Shown here piece after piece: positions 12,222 to 23,250 of a stretch of DNA of 35,573 nucleotides. Position 1 is the stretch's first letter, and each line of letters opens with the position of its first letter. Below the pieces are notes generated by a model. The model made no database searches and was not told where the DNA came from. It worked only from the letters and a program-made list of their open reading frames with translations. A program made the translations under genes and the position numbers. This DNA comes from Trichosphaerium sp. ATCC 40318 (Eukaryota; Protista; Tubulinea), in NCBI GenBank assembly GCA_038496445.1, contig JALMLS010000046.1, positions 1-35,573 of the forward strand. Reading direction: 5' to 3'.

Positions 12222-12454
12222 ATTTGACCTGAAATAACGCTGTTCTATTTTCGCGTTAAGCCTCTTTTTAAACGGCCACAACCAATTTGTACCGTGCACG
12301 TGACTTTCTGTTCTTAGGCTCACGCTAAGTAGTGCATGAGGATACACTAATGGCATGGCTTGCAGAGTTGCAAAAGCTTGCTTATGTTCACAAACCGTCC
12401 CAAAAAATAAGCTGTAGCGCTAATACAAATAGCGTTATTTCAGGTCAAATAGTG
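12222..12454. mobile_element. MITE-like element B (about 230 bp, 20-bp perfect TIR)
   Basis: ATTTGACCTGAAATAACGCT (12222-12241) is the exact reverse complement of AGCGTTATTTCAGGTCAAAT (12431-12450). The right side continues AGTG, giving a ...TAGTG end. No clear TSD. Confidence 0.7.
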
Positions 12455-12679
12455 TAATTAAGTTTCAATTTTGCAGGGATGTATCTACATGCTATAGATG
12501 AGATCCTAGTTTGAATGTCGCATGCTGTTGTACGAATGTTCTGGGTTGGCCAAACTAAACGAATCCAAATGTTGTTTTTTTTTTGCCGCACGTGTCATAG
12601 CTTAAAACATGCAAAGGTACTCTTTTTCTTTCTCAGTTAAGTTTCATCTGATGTTGTGAGCAATATCTTTCAAAACTAA

Positions 12680-13218
12680 ATGGATAAAGAACCAACAACC
12701 TGGGGAACCGATGACGTTGCGTCGTGGTTAAAATGGGGAGGATTTAGCGATTTTGAAGATCAATTCAAGTATACTACAGGAAGTCTATTAAAGGAGTACA
12801 CATTGTACGCAGGAAGAGTAGAGATCGCGTTTAATAATTTCTACTTTTAGAAAGGACATACTCTCTCTTGGTGTGTCTAATGCAGCGGCAGTACCTATAT
12901 ATAAGCTCAAAAGCGCGTTATTTGACGGTAATACTAATTACTGCAAACTTTCCCACATTTTTTGTTCTAATACCTCCTAAGAGAGTCCTGGCGCAGGTGA
13001 GAGCCCTAAACTAGACGAATTTGAAGAGCAAGTAATAAAGAGCTTAATGCGACTTCAAGAGCAAGTGGACGCATTAAAAGAGTCTCTGGTTGATGATTTA
13101 TTCGCAAGAATACGTGTAGCACCAAAACAATCCAATTCGCGCCAGAAGAAAGCGTCAACTTCGTCCTCAAAAGTTAAACCATCATCAAAGGCTTCTATAG
13201 CACACTCAGCGTTTTAGG
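12680..13218 (+). CDS. Small SAM-domain protein with predicted coiled coil (3 exons)
   Basis: 'MDKEPTTWGTDDVASWLKWGGFSDFEDQFKYTTGSLLKEYTL|KDILSLGVS' matches the SAM pattern W-x3-DV-x2-WL-x3-G...D(L/I)-x2-LG(V/I). Two GT-AG introns keep the frame; a heptad-like 'VIKSLMRLQEQVDALKESL' follows. Confidence 0.65.
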
Positions 13219-13331
13219 GTATGCAGTAATAACTTTGTACATTGTATTGAAGAATAAAAAACCGTTTTGTAGAATTCAGCAAATTTGAAAATAAATTAAT
13301 TCGTTTTTCATACGCAACACAACTAAATTGA

Positions 13332-16300
13332 ATGTCACACTCGGCAAACGCGTTTGGTAATGTTGTATAATCGTTTGAACGTATATTTATGCCGTTTAAA
13401 TAGCCAATGCAAAGAAACCATATAATTCCACTAATCCGTTTGAAGGTATGTTTTTATTTATGTTGTGGGGGTTGTAAAACATAATTAGACGCCTGTTTGA
13501 AGAATGATATGACAGACTACGATGAAAACATGCAAAAGTCCCCTACAAAGAAGGGTTGTATGTTGTGCTTTAATCAATACGTATCTAATAGCGTTTTAGC
13601 TTTACAGATCACTAGCAAGCAGGCAAAAAGCGTACTTAGCCAACGAGTGAAAACAATGGGCTTGGGGAAAAAAATACGCACCAGTAAGTGCTTTTAACAA
13701 GTTTTCATCAGTACTTTTGTCAAAACACTCCACACATACTCTCAAAGCTTAAAACAACCGACAAGAACCCGCGCAAAATCTTCTACAAAAACACCAAAAC
13801 GGTTTAGGATCTAACCTTGTTACAAGTCTCTAGGCTCCCGCTAAACTCTCAAAAGAAGAAAACTTACAGTGGGATGAGTGGGATGAGCACACAGAAGAAG
13901 AAATTTGCAACAACGAAAAGGACAGGATTTACCTCGTGCCATTTCCCAGGGGCTTCTCCACGTAGACGCCAGAAAAGTATACTAGAGTTTACCACAAGTC
14001 CTGGTAATGCATCAACAGCCAGGAGGCCTCAGCCACGTGTTCAGTACAAAGGGTATGTTGTAACAAGGTTTTTTTTGTTTTTGTTAAATTTTGGAGTTGA
14101 CTTTGTTGTTGAGGTTGTATAATATCGGTAATACGTGTTATATGAACGCTGTGATCCAAGCGTTATCAAGCATAAGACCTTTTATTGCAGACATGAGCAG
14201 TAAGTATTTTGACAAGTCAGGATTGAGTTCAAAGACATTTTATCGGTACATACTTTTTTTATTTTGTCGAAGCTTGTGCTACCACGTGCAGTGATTCTCT
14301 TTTCTTATTCTTTTTATAAAGGTCTCTGTTAGTTATACTCGATAAAACTCTACAATCTGATCGTAATGTTATAAACCCAAAGATTGTAAAAGAGGCTCTT
14401 GATAAACACATCAAATACTTTCGTGGAAGTGCTCAACAAGTACGTTTTTCTTACCCTACTTTATTTCTTTATCACGGGCTTGACCATGCATTTTTTATTG
14501 TTTCACTGCACTCATTTTATATGCTGTGTTTGCCTGTACAACCTTTAATCGTTATTTTGGTGCCAGCAAAGCGACTCGTTCTTGTTTTTGTTTTTTTTTG
14601 AATTTTCGTGGATTGTGAATTGAACTCGCGCAAACTTTTGTTTGCGATTTTTTAAATAGTCTGCAATGCGCTAATTGTGCTTGAGTAATACGATAAATCA
14701 TATGAACATCATAAATGATTTTTTTCTAACAGTTATAAAAAGGACGCACATGAGTTTTTAACATGTTGTTTGGCTCAAGTTGAAGAAGACATTTTACCTT
14801 TTTTAATGAAGAAACGCAAAGAGCAAGGTGACGAAGTACCATTTGCAGGTATGACCCTATACTTTTGAATGTGTTTTAGCTATATAACATGTGTTCTTTA
14901 CTTACCATGAAACTTCAATAGACCGTGCTTCTAATCTATGTCCAACGAAAAGAAATTTTGGAAGTGTTTTGATTCATACTTTCACTTGCTCTATTTGTGA
15001 GGCTTCAACAAGAGTTAAACAACAATTCTGGAACTTATCTCTTGATGTTTTTGATACTGAAGTGCTTGTAGCAATGGAAATGAGGTACTTCAACAACAGC
15101 AAACAAAAAAACCCACAACCAACGAAAAACTTCACACAATTTCCTGTTAGTACTTCGCTGACACCTCTAAAGCAAGAATGATGGTAAAACTATAGAACAA
15201 GTTCGCAAAGAACTTGGACTTTCTAAAGGAGGTGTTATAGATATGGCTCGGCTACTAGCCAATTACTTTTCGGTACAATCCTATGACATTGATTTGTTGT
15301 TGTTGTTGTTGTGCTAATTTTGTTTAGGATGATGAGGTTCAAAAGAATTGTGACGCTTGTGGTTGTAGTCAAGTACACTCTGTTAGTACAAGGTTCTTCC
15401 GTCTACCTCGTGTACTTGTTCTACACTTGAAGCGGTTTATTTATAATCCTGCTGCCAATGACTTTAAGAAGATTAAGGATCAAGTACTTGCCAATAAGAC
15501 TATAAACGTTGGTACGTCCTATCTATAACCAAAAAAATCTATCACATCATGAGACACCTGAAGAAAATTACTCGCCGTAGAAACTTGTTATGAAGCGAAG
15601 AACAAACAATTTCTCTCTTGTGTTTTTTTTTTCTTTGTTTTCCGATTTTCAGCGGTTACCTTCTGTTTTGTGTACTTACATATTTCATAGCTGATCAATG
15701 CTGTGATTTATCACGTAATCCACTTCATTTTGATAAAAAAAGTATTAAATCAAGCATGACTGGAGCTAAGAAACGTATTAAGAAATTCGAACAAGATGAA
15801 AAAAAGGCATCGAAGTCTTTGAACAAAACAACCATCAAGAAGAAGAAAAAGGATCTTGTTGAAAACCCATTTTTTACATCTCCTTTTAGAGAGATAAAAA
15901 AGCCATCAAAAGTTCAAAAATCCAAGGATACATCAGATGCAGAAGAGTCAGAAACTTCAGAAAACGAACAACAAAATTCTTCAAAGAATTCGAAAGAACA
16001 AGCCGAGAAAAAGCCTGAAAGTGATGATGACGATGTTACTATACAACTATCTAACCCTCCTAAGAATAGAAGAGTTTCAGAAGAGTTTAGAAGCGTGATT
16101 AAGAACAGACATAAGCGAAAAAAAACTGAACAAGACGATGAACAAGAAAAAAATCCGAAACGTCAAAAAGTCACTCAAGCAACTGTTATGGACACTGAAG
16201 ATTTATATAATACTACTACCAATACAATTAGTGATATATATAAAAACAACGGTGAAGGAGAGTCAAAGCGAAGGGCGTCAGATGACGAATTTGATCGTTC

Positions 16301-17419
16301 CATTTGGGCACGTTCTCCAACTCGGGATCCAAACCGGACTGTTGAAGTTAGTATGGCCGATATAGTATCACCATCATCTGAAGATGATGATATAAAGAGA
16401 GCAATGAAGCTTAGCTTGTATGTAGTTAATTCTCTTCGAGTACAAACTAGTTTACCTCACACTTTTGTTGCTTCTTTCCTAAACTAATTTTTTTTTGTTT
16501 TTTTTAGACAAGAAAGTTCGAAACCTGTTCTAGCAAAGACAGATAGAGAATATGAGTCTGACCTTGAGAGAGCATTAGCAGAAAGTAAGAGAGACGCACA
16601 GAATAAAGGAATACTCGCTTATAGTCCTGAGATGTGCGACAGTTGTACTTTGAGACAAAGTTCCCTGACGTGGTTTTTATTAGGAAGAAAAAAAGTGAAG
16701 GTGATGCTATGGATGAAAGCGATGACATTACACTTATTCCTTCTGCTGATGCCATTAATGACGTATCATTGAGTGATGTTAATGATGTATCTCATGTTGA
16801 TGATGCTCCAAAAGAAGATAGCGAAGAGGAGCGTAAAAGGAAGGAAGAAGAGGCTAAAGAGCAAAAAGCTTATGCTGAACGTATGTAAAAAACCGAAGTT
16901 GAAAAAACTCTTCTAATGTTCTGTTATCTTAGGCGCTGCCTTTCTTGAAAAAGAGCGTGAAGAGCCTTTTGAAGCTCCTTTTGAACCAGTTGAACCTAAT
17001 TATAGACTTGTAGCCATTGTACATCACAAGTACGTCCAACCACAACCATCACCATGAATTGGTTTTCGACATTTTTTTTTGTACAACAGAGCTGATTGTC
17101 TGTAATCTGGGGAGCTTTAAATTCTCTATTTTTTTACGCTTGAGATGCAACTATTTTACAAGAAATCTACAGCCACGTGTATTAGTTTTAAACGCTTGAA
17201 AACAGTTCTTATTCGGTTTTTTTTCTCATTTTTTTGTCAAATAGAGGCGAGACTATTCGAAAAGGACACTATGTAGCAGATGTTAGACAAAACGATAAGG
17301 TTTGGTTTAATTTTGATGATAGTAAGATGACTACGATAAAGGGTTTTGATGTACTTAAAAACAAAAAGAAGCAGGAGTCTGGATACTTGTATTTTTATGT
17401 CCACTCCTCTGCCTTGTAA
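13332..17419 (+). CDS. Ubiquitin-specific protease (peptidase C19), USP37/USP26/USP29-like, with UIM insert
   Basis: Cys box 'GLYNIGNTCYMNAVIQAL', 'QQDAHEFL', Zn-finger CxxC pairs (CSIC, CDAC), 'LPRVLVLHLKRF', His box 'VHHKGETIRKGHYVADV...WFNFDDS...GYLYFY'. UIM-like 'EDDDIKRAMKLSL' and 'ESDLERALAES' lie inside the catalytic domain. The start (MSHSANAF) is inferred from phase-compatible exons. Confidence 0.92.
15294..15311. repeat. (TTG)6 microsatellite in a USP intron
   Basis: Six consecutive TTG units. Confidence 0.8.
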
Positions 17420-17856
17420 CAATAATAAAAAGAATCACAGAAAAAAAAACTGTTGGTTAGCAAAGGAACCTAGGTTCATAGTGTTGTTGCTTTCTAGTAA
17501 AAAATCAAAAAACGAATATAGATCTTGATTGACTCGGTTTTGTTTGGTGTGGTACTCCAAAGTCGTTTAACACGTGTTAAGGGTGGAGTCCTATATTGAC
17601 AAAAACTGTTTTTTTAACCTGATTTTTTGTTACCACATTAAACCGTATGACCTTAACGCCTACGCGATTTAACAGACACGTGCTTTTTTCACATAGCTTC
17701 CAAATTAAGCAGTAACCATTTTTTTCATTACTTGTTTGAAAAATTATTCATGTTCATTTCATCACAGCACGTGGCACCCATCTATGAATTTTATGAGCTG
17801 TGCAGTTTTTGGAGAAAAAAACTAATTTTTAAGTGTTATTTTTTGGTTTGAATGTT

Positions 17857-20800
17857 AAATGTCGAATATTTGACAAAAAATGTCGAGTTTTGGTGAATTG
17901 TTTTGCTGTAGACTGTAGTGTTGTTTTTGGTTTATTGACTAGTCAGACCATGTGACTGTGAATAATATCACGTGATTGGCCCACTTCTTCCGAAAATAAG
18001 ACCTGTTTTCTGAAATAATGTATCTTGTTAACAGTGACTCAGTTATACATAATACAGTGCATTTACACGTTAAATAAACAACAATCTGAAGAGAACCAGT
18101 AATTTTGAAGAGGTTTGGGGCTTCAAAGAACAATGAAGTGTCAAACACCCTCAAAATAGATACATAGGCGTCACAGACGCGTAGAAAAGCTAAATATACA
18201 TATTTTACAATAGTTGGTAAAATGTCGATGTAAAGACCTGATGCTGTTACCTAACCTCTCTTTTGCACATTAACAGGTCATTTTAAACCATTATTAGTTG
18301 TTTGCCGCTGTTTTAAAAAGGTTGAAGCTTCAAAGAAACATGAAGAATGAAACCACTTCAAACCACAAGGATAGCATTTTCCACGCGTAGATATGTCCAG
18401 TAGAGACTTTGAATATTTTTTTGACAGTCAAACAAGATTGTTGATATAATTACAAGGAGTCTTAAAAAGGAAACGTGCTAAGACTCTATCAGCGCTTTCA
18501 CCAGACCTATTAAACGTATCAACAACGGTATGAGGTATTAACATTAAGTACTTGCTAAAATAGGAGCAAAAACTTAAAAACCATTTGTTGCTCTCATTAA
18601 AACACATAATGGAGGAAGGTACTCCTCCAGAATACAATGTTGCGGCTGATGTAACGCCTGAAATGTTCAAAACACTTGGAGTGTGGATCCATGGTGACCG
18701 TTTGGTACTTTACACCAATACAAAGAAAGATTTTGCCTACCAATGGCATACGGACAACAATGGAGCACTCATCAAGAAGAATTCAGTGTGGGCTCATTAC
18801 TTTAAATGCCCTAACCGTAAGATATGTAAAGCCCGCGTAATATTGCATCAGGAAAACCTTAGAGATGGTAAAATGATCAAACTGTCGCAAACTACAGGTG
18901 CATAAACTCATTCAAATGAAAAAACCACCTTATTTCTTTTTAGAACACAATGAAGCGTGTCAACCCACCCCAGAGTTCAAGTTAAAATTAAGTTATGCGG
19001 CAGGAAAGAAAATACAAAAAGATATTGAACTGGGTATCCGAACAACTACTATTGTGAGCATAGTATGTGCAGTACATAACACTAACAATCACTCAGCTGC
19101 AATCTTTTTTAAAAGATCCCACAAAAAATAATGTAAACACTTCAGAAGTACCTAGTGGCTATGCTATGGCGTCACAAGTGCGTAAAGCGCATAATATGGA
19201 CAGATTACATCCAGAGGTACTCAAGCTTAATTATTTATTCCTTACAAGGCACAGTTGTTTACCCACATTCATCTTAAATACCCCAAAACTATCCAAATAC
19301 TTATTGCTGAGCATGTTGTTTTTTCTTATATAAATTTGGAAGTTGGTTCGCTGTTCAAACAAGCCAACACCAAAACACTATACATGGATTCCATACACAA
19401 AGTATCGGACACAGGCGCACATGTAAGCATTTTGTCCGTTATTTACTTCCCTCTGTTCACTTATTTTGTCAGGCCATGCTCTACTGGATCAGGGCAGAGT
19501 CAGAAACAAGTACAATGGGTATGAACCTTGGATGGGCGCTTACAGAGGGTAAAACTTTACAAGAATATATTTTCGCGTTTAGGCACCTTCGAGACACATA
19601 TGGGTTCTTTTTTGAGCGTATTATGGCTGATTGTGAGCTCAACATTCGAAAAGGTATTGTTTTTTCTCTTTTTCACATTTTTTTTTCTGATGTTGAATTT
19701 TAGCAGCTAAAGAAGTATGGCCAGAGGATTTTAAAATGCACCACTGTCGCTTTCATGTAGCAGATGCATTCCGAAAAAAGCGCTTGAAGCATGGTATGGG
19801 TGGGGAGGCCAATGAAGGGGAGTATGCATGGTGTGAGCGTGTTGCTGATAAATTATTCAGTGCAACCACCAAAGAAGAATTTGAAGAAACATGGGCAGAG
19901 TGCTATGAGGTACCAGTACGTTTTTGAACATTGACTAAGCGTGTATAGGATGGTATGTACCTTGGAAAAAACGTTAAAACCCATTTGAACTACTTAAAGA
20001 AGCATTATATAACTCCTGCACCACAAAACAAATGGTCCATATTGATAATCAATTTATTTGTTCTAATGTTGTTTTATTTAGGTGGCCACCTTGTACTTGG
20101 GCGCCATATACATATATGAATGATGTCGAAGCTAACTCACATCGTACTAACAACACCAGTGAAGGAAACAATCGTGTTGTTCAAGATGCATTGAAGTTAG
20201 CTAGAGCTAAAAAGGGAACATCAAATAGAGTAGTTGATGCTTTAGTAGCGTACTGTGAAACCTCTGCAGACAATGCCAAACGCTTACTGAAAGGTGTTGG
20301 AGGTGTGGGAACACTCAAAAGTGCTACAAAGCGCCAAAAGGGTGTCCAATTGGGTGTCATTGCTAAGAGAAGTAAGTAAATATGTAAACAACGTTAAGCT
20401 TTTTTGTAGGAAAAATAAACTCAGCTAAAATTATTGCTGTTGCTCATAAAATCATAGATCGAAAGATAGTATGAATGCTCAATCCATATTTAATACTAAA
20501 TCCTACATAGGCTAAGGCAAAGAAAAAAAAAGCAGCAGAAAAAAAAAGCAAGGCTACTGAAAAAAAGCAACCAAAAAAGGGCAAAGCAAAGAAAACCACA
20601 ATACGTGTAAAAAAGCGTCGGATGGAACAACAGACACAAGTTGTGAAACGGCAAAAATTTGGGGCTAAAATTCCAAGTTTAGAGCTCAAAACAGTCAGCC
20701 AATACAATAAACGCTTACAGGTGGCCTCAAAAAAGAGAACAACACGTAAGAACTACACAGAGTAGCCCAAAAAAAAAATGTCAAATAAAATACTTTTCCT

Positions 20801-20975
20801 TTGTTGTTAAATAAAATTTGTTAAAGACTTTCAATTTGTATTTTTTACCTCGGTTTAGGACTACTTGTATACCTGTACGTACATTAAAAATAAATTTTTA
20901 TTACAAGAGGTACTAATGGCGCTCAGTACACCCATCTCCAAAAACTTGACATTTTTGGTCAAGTATTCGACATTT
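17857..20975. repeat. Internal (subterminal) inverted repeat pair of the transposon, about 37 bp
   Basis: AAATGTCGAATATTTGACAAAAAATGTCGAGTTTTGG (17857-17893) versus the reverse complement of 20938-20975, AAATGTCGAATACTTGACCAAAAATGTCAAGTTTTTGG: 3 substitutions and 1 indel. Confidence 0.85.
18393..20765 (+). CDS. Mutator-like (MULE) DDE transposase with N-terminal WRKY/FLYWCH-type Zn finger; about 10 introns; frame intact
   Basis: 'YFKCPNRKICKARV...HNEAC' (Zn finger), 'TLYMDSIHKV' (D1), 'RIMADCELNIRKAAKEVWP' (D2), 'HHCRFHVADA' (CxxH), 'LNYLKKHYI', 'HRTNNTSEGNNR' (E) and a Lys-rich tail; TAG at 20763-20765. Start codon uncertain. Confidence 0.87.
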
Positions 20976-21469
20976 ACAAATTTAGCATTTTTTGGTTTTT
21001 TTGTGTATCAAAAACTTGTATTTTTTTTTTGTGTGTTTACTGTAAACATTATTTGTTATTTTTAGATGTTTTTTTCAAAATTCTATGTTGTGTGTTGTGC
21101 AATAACTTTTTAAACCACACTATATCATTTAAGACTGTAAATACGTGTTTTGTGGAAGTTTATAGCGGAATTGAAGAGGGGTTAGCTGAGCGTGAAAAGT
21201 CGCTTAATTTAGGTAAAAAACGCAATTCCATTTATTGGAAAAAATTTTTAGCGCTACCTAAAGGGTATAACTGGGCGTGCTGAGTACTCACAGTAAATTA
21301 TAGCCAAATCTGTGAGGGGTTAATCGATATTGAGACATTATAGGACTCCACCCTTAAGCACTATCCTATTAAACACAGTTTTTGTTTAAACGCTCGCACT
21401 TCAATTTCATTGAAAAAAAAACTCTTCCACCGCTAAGCCATTAAGTTATATGGATTTGTACTACATGCA

Positions 21470-22489
21470 ATGGGTGTTAAAAGCAGTAAACATGCTTACA
21501 AAAAACGACAAAAAAAAGGTGCTGTGTTGTTTAACTTGTGTGTTTTGCTTTCAACTTCTACAAAAGAGTTCTACAACCCCCATCAAACTACTTTTTCGAG
21601 TTTTAATCCATTGTGTGACTGACAAGCCGTTATTAGCTGCAAAGGATATAAAAAACTCAAAACCACACTAGTACATTCCTCTTCGCTTATTACATTTCTT
21701 GATCACGTGTTTTAGTGATTATGAATTCAAAATAATTATGATTGGTGAATTTGGTGTTGGAAAAACTAGTGCTGTACTTAGATTTGCTGATGATACTTTC
21801 CCAGAGTCTGTCACGGCCACATTTGGTGTTGACTTTGTACGTAACAATACACGTGATAACTCTTCTATCACAGAAAGTTGCACCCAGCCACAATAGAAAC
21901 CAGTTCTAGAACAGTAATAAATAATGTATCGTGTGTTTATTGTGTTTAGAAATTAAAAATAATCAGAGTGTATGACAAGGATGTCAAACTAATAGTTTAT
22001 GATACCTCTGGTCAGCTTTTTTTGTAAGCTTGTTATGTTAACGACAGATTTGTTTTTAGGTACAGAGAAATTCCGAAGAATTAGTAGTGACAGTTATTAT
22101 CGACGTTCCAATGGTGCCTTGATAATGTATGATACTACAAACAAACATACTTTTGAATACGCGAAAACGTGGGTTCAAGAGCTTGATATATATGCACCTC
22201 TGGATATCCAAGCAATACTTGTTGGAACAAAGAGTGATCTCATTGAAGAACGTGCTGTTGATCATGATATTGCCCAGGTATTAACAATAGTTCCATTTTT
22301 GTTTGTTAATTAAATTTAGGAATTTGCTGATGAACATGAGGTGGAGTTTATTGAAATATCTTCCAAAGATGCAATCAATGGTATGTACATCAACACATAC
22401 AAGCGTATAACTTTATTGTTGTAGTTAAAGAAGCCTTTATTCTGTTAACAGCAATGATAGTTAATCAAATTGATGAAGAAAGCCAATAG
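21470..22489 (+). CDS. Divergent Rab1-like small GTPase with N-myristoylation motif and no C-terminal cysteines
   Basis: 7-exon model: [46 protein letters not shown]...TFGVDFK...[23 protein letters not shown]...VGTKSDL...EISSK...NQIDEESQ*. Confidence 0.9.
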
Positions 22490-22499
22490 CATATACAAG

Positions 22500-23240
22500 T
22501 GGTTGTAGTTCGTTCCTGGATGAGCGGTTGTTATTGCCACTCTTTGACGTTTATCTTGTTTCTCATGCAATTCTAGAACAATGCGTTTTGGCTGTGCTCT
22601 TAATTCTTGTATCCATACTATTGTAAACCTCTGTATTGAAATAACAATAAAGAGCGCAAACCTGAAAAAGAGTTATATTTTCAGGCATTTTTTCGGTTGA
22701 GTGGCTGACAAGCGTGTATTAGCTTCGCAGGTACAAATAGCTCAGTATATTTCTGTCCGCTGGATAGATTCTCTTGACCACACGAGCCTAGTCTTAGACA
22801 CTTGGGTATTTCTTGTAGTCTTTGAGATAGAGATTAGACACTCGTTTGATAAAGTGTTATTAATACATACAGTAACTCAGATCTATCAGCTAAGTAACAG
22901 TGAGGCAAAGTAAAAATGGCTTCCCCTAGTGCAACATATCGAACAGATAAAGACTCTTCAATGTCGTCAAACTGCAATGACGTATCCTAGAAAAAAAAAG
23001 GTTTGTTGAAGAAATAAATAGGATTAATAAAGAACCACGTGCTACCTCTTTGGGATCAAATTGTAAAGCGTCACAATTTTCTTAAAAAACCCTTGTTCTT
23101 TAAGAACGTCTGTGACACATTTTTGGAAGGATACTACTTCAGTAATTCTTTCGTGGTTCAACAAATAACACCTTTCAATGTTATTTTGAAGTTGTTTGTG
23201 GACTGTTAAAAGTATAAAAGGGACTACATCGGAGCTCAAT
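22500..23240 (-). pseudogene. Probable decayed intron-containing gene
   Basis: Protein-like fragments ('CVTDVLKEQGFF', 'DALQFDPKE|DTSLQFDDIEESYLFDMLH*', 'LKDYKKYPSV*D*ARVVKRIYP') with a recognisable GT-AG intron near 22988-23045, but with several stops and frameshifts. Confidence 0.3.
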
Positions 23241-23250
23241 TATAGATTAG

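Larger units (their letters stand above)
17581..21353 (+). mobile_element. Full-length DNA transposon (3773 bp) with 15-bp TIRs flanked by TTAA, encoding a MULE-type DDE transposase
   Basis: TTAA(17577-17580)|GGGTGGAGTCCTATA(17581-17595) ... TATAGGACTCCACCC(21339-21353)|TTAA(21354-21357). Encloses the transposase gene and lies between the USP stop and the Rab start. Confidence 0.9.

Noticed and set aside
12680-17419. SAM domain fused to the USP
   Set aside because: The SAM frame stops at 13216-13218 and the USP has its own consistent ATG at 13332. A donor-like GTATGC just after the stop leaves slight doubt.
20444-20707. Hydrophobic minus-strand ORF as a second transposon gene
   Set aside because: It is the antisense of the Lys-rich transposase tail.
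6545-23240. Stop-codon reassignment (TAG=Gln) suggested by in-frame TAGs in decayed fragments
   Set aside because: Conserved genes here contain no in-frame TAG/TAA in their exons and use both as terminators (G-alpha, Rab, MCT, USP).
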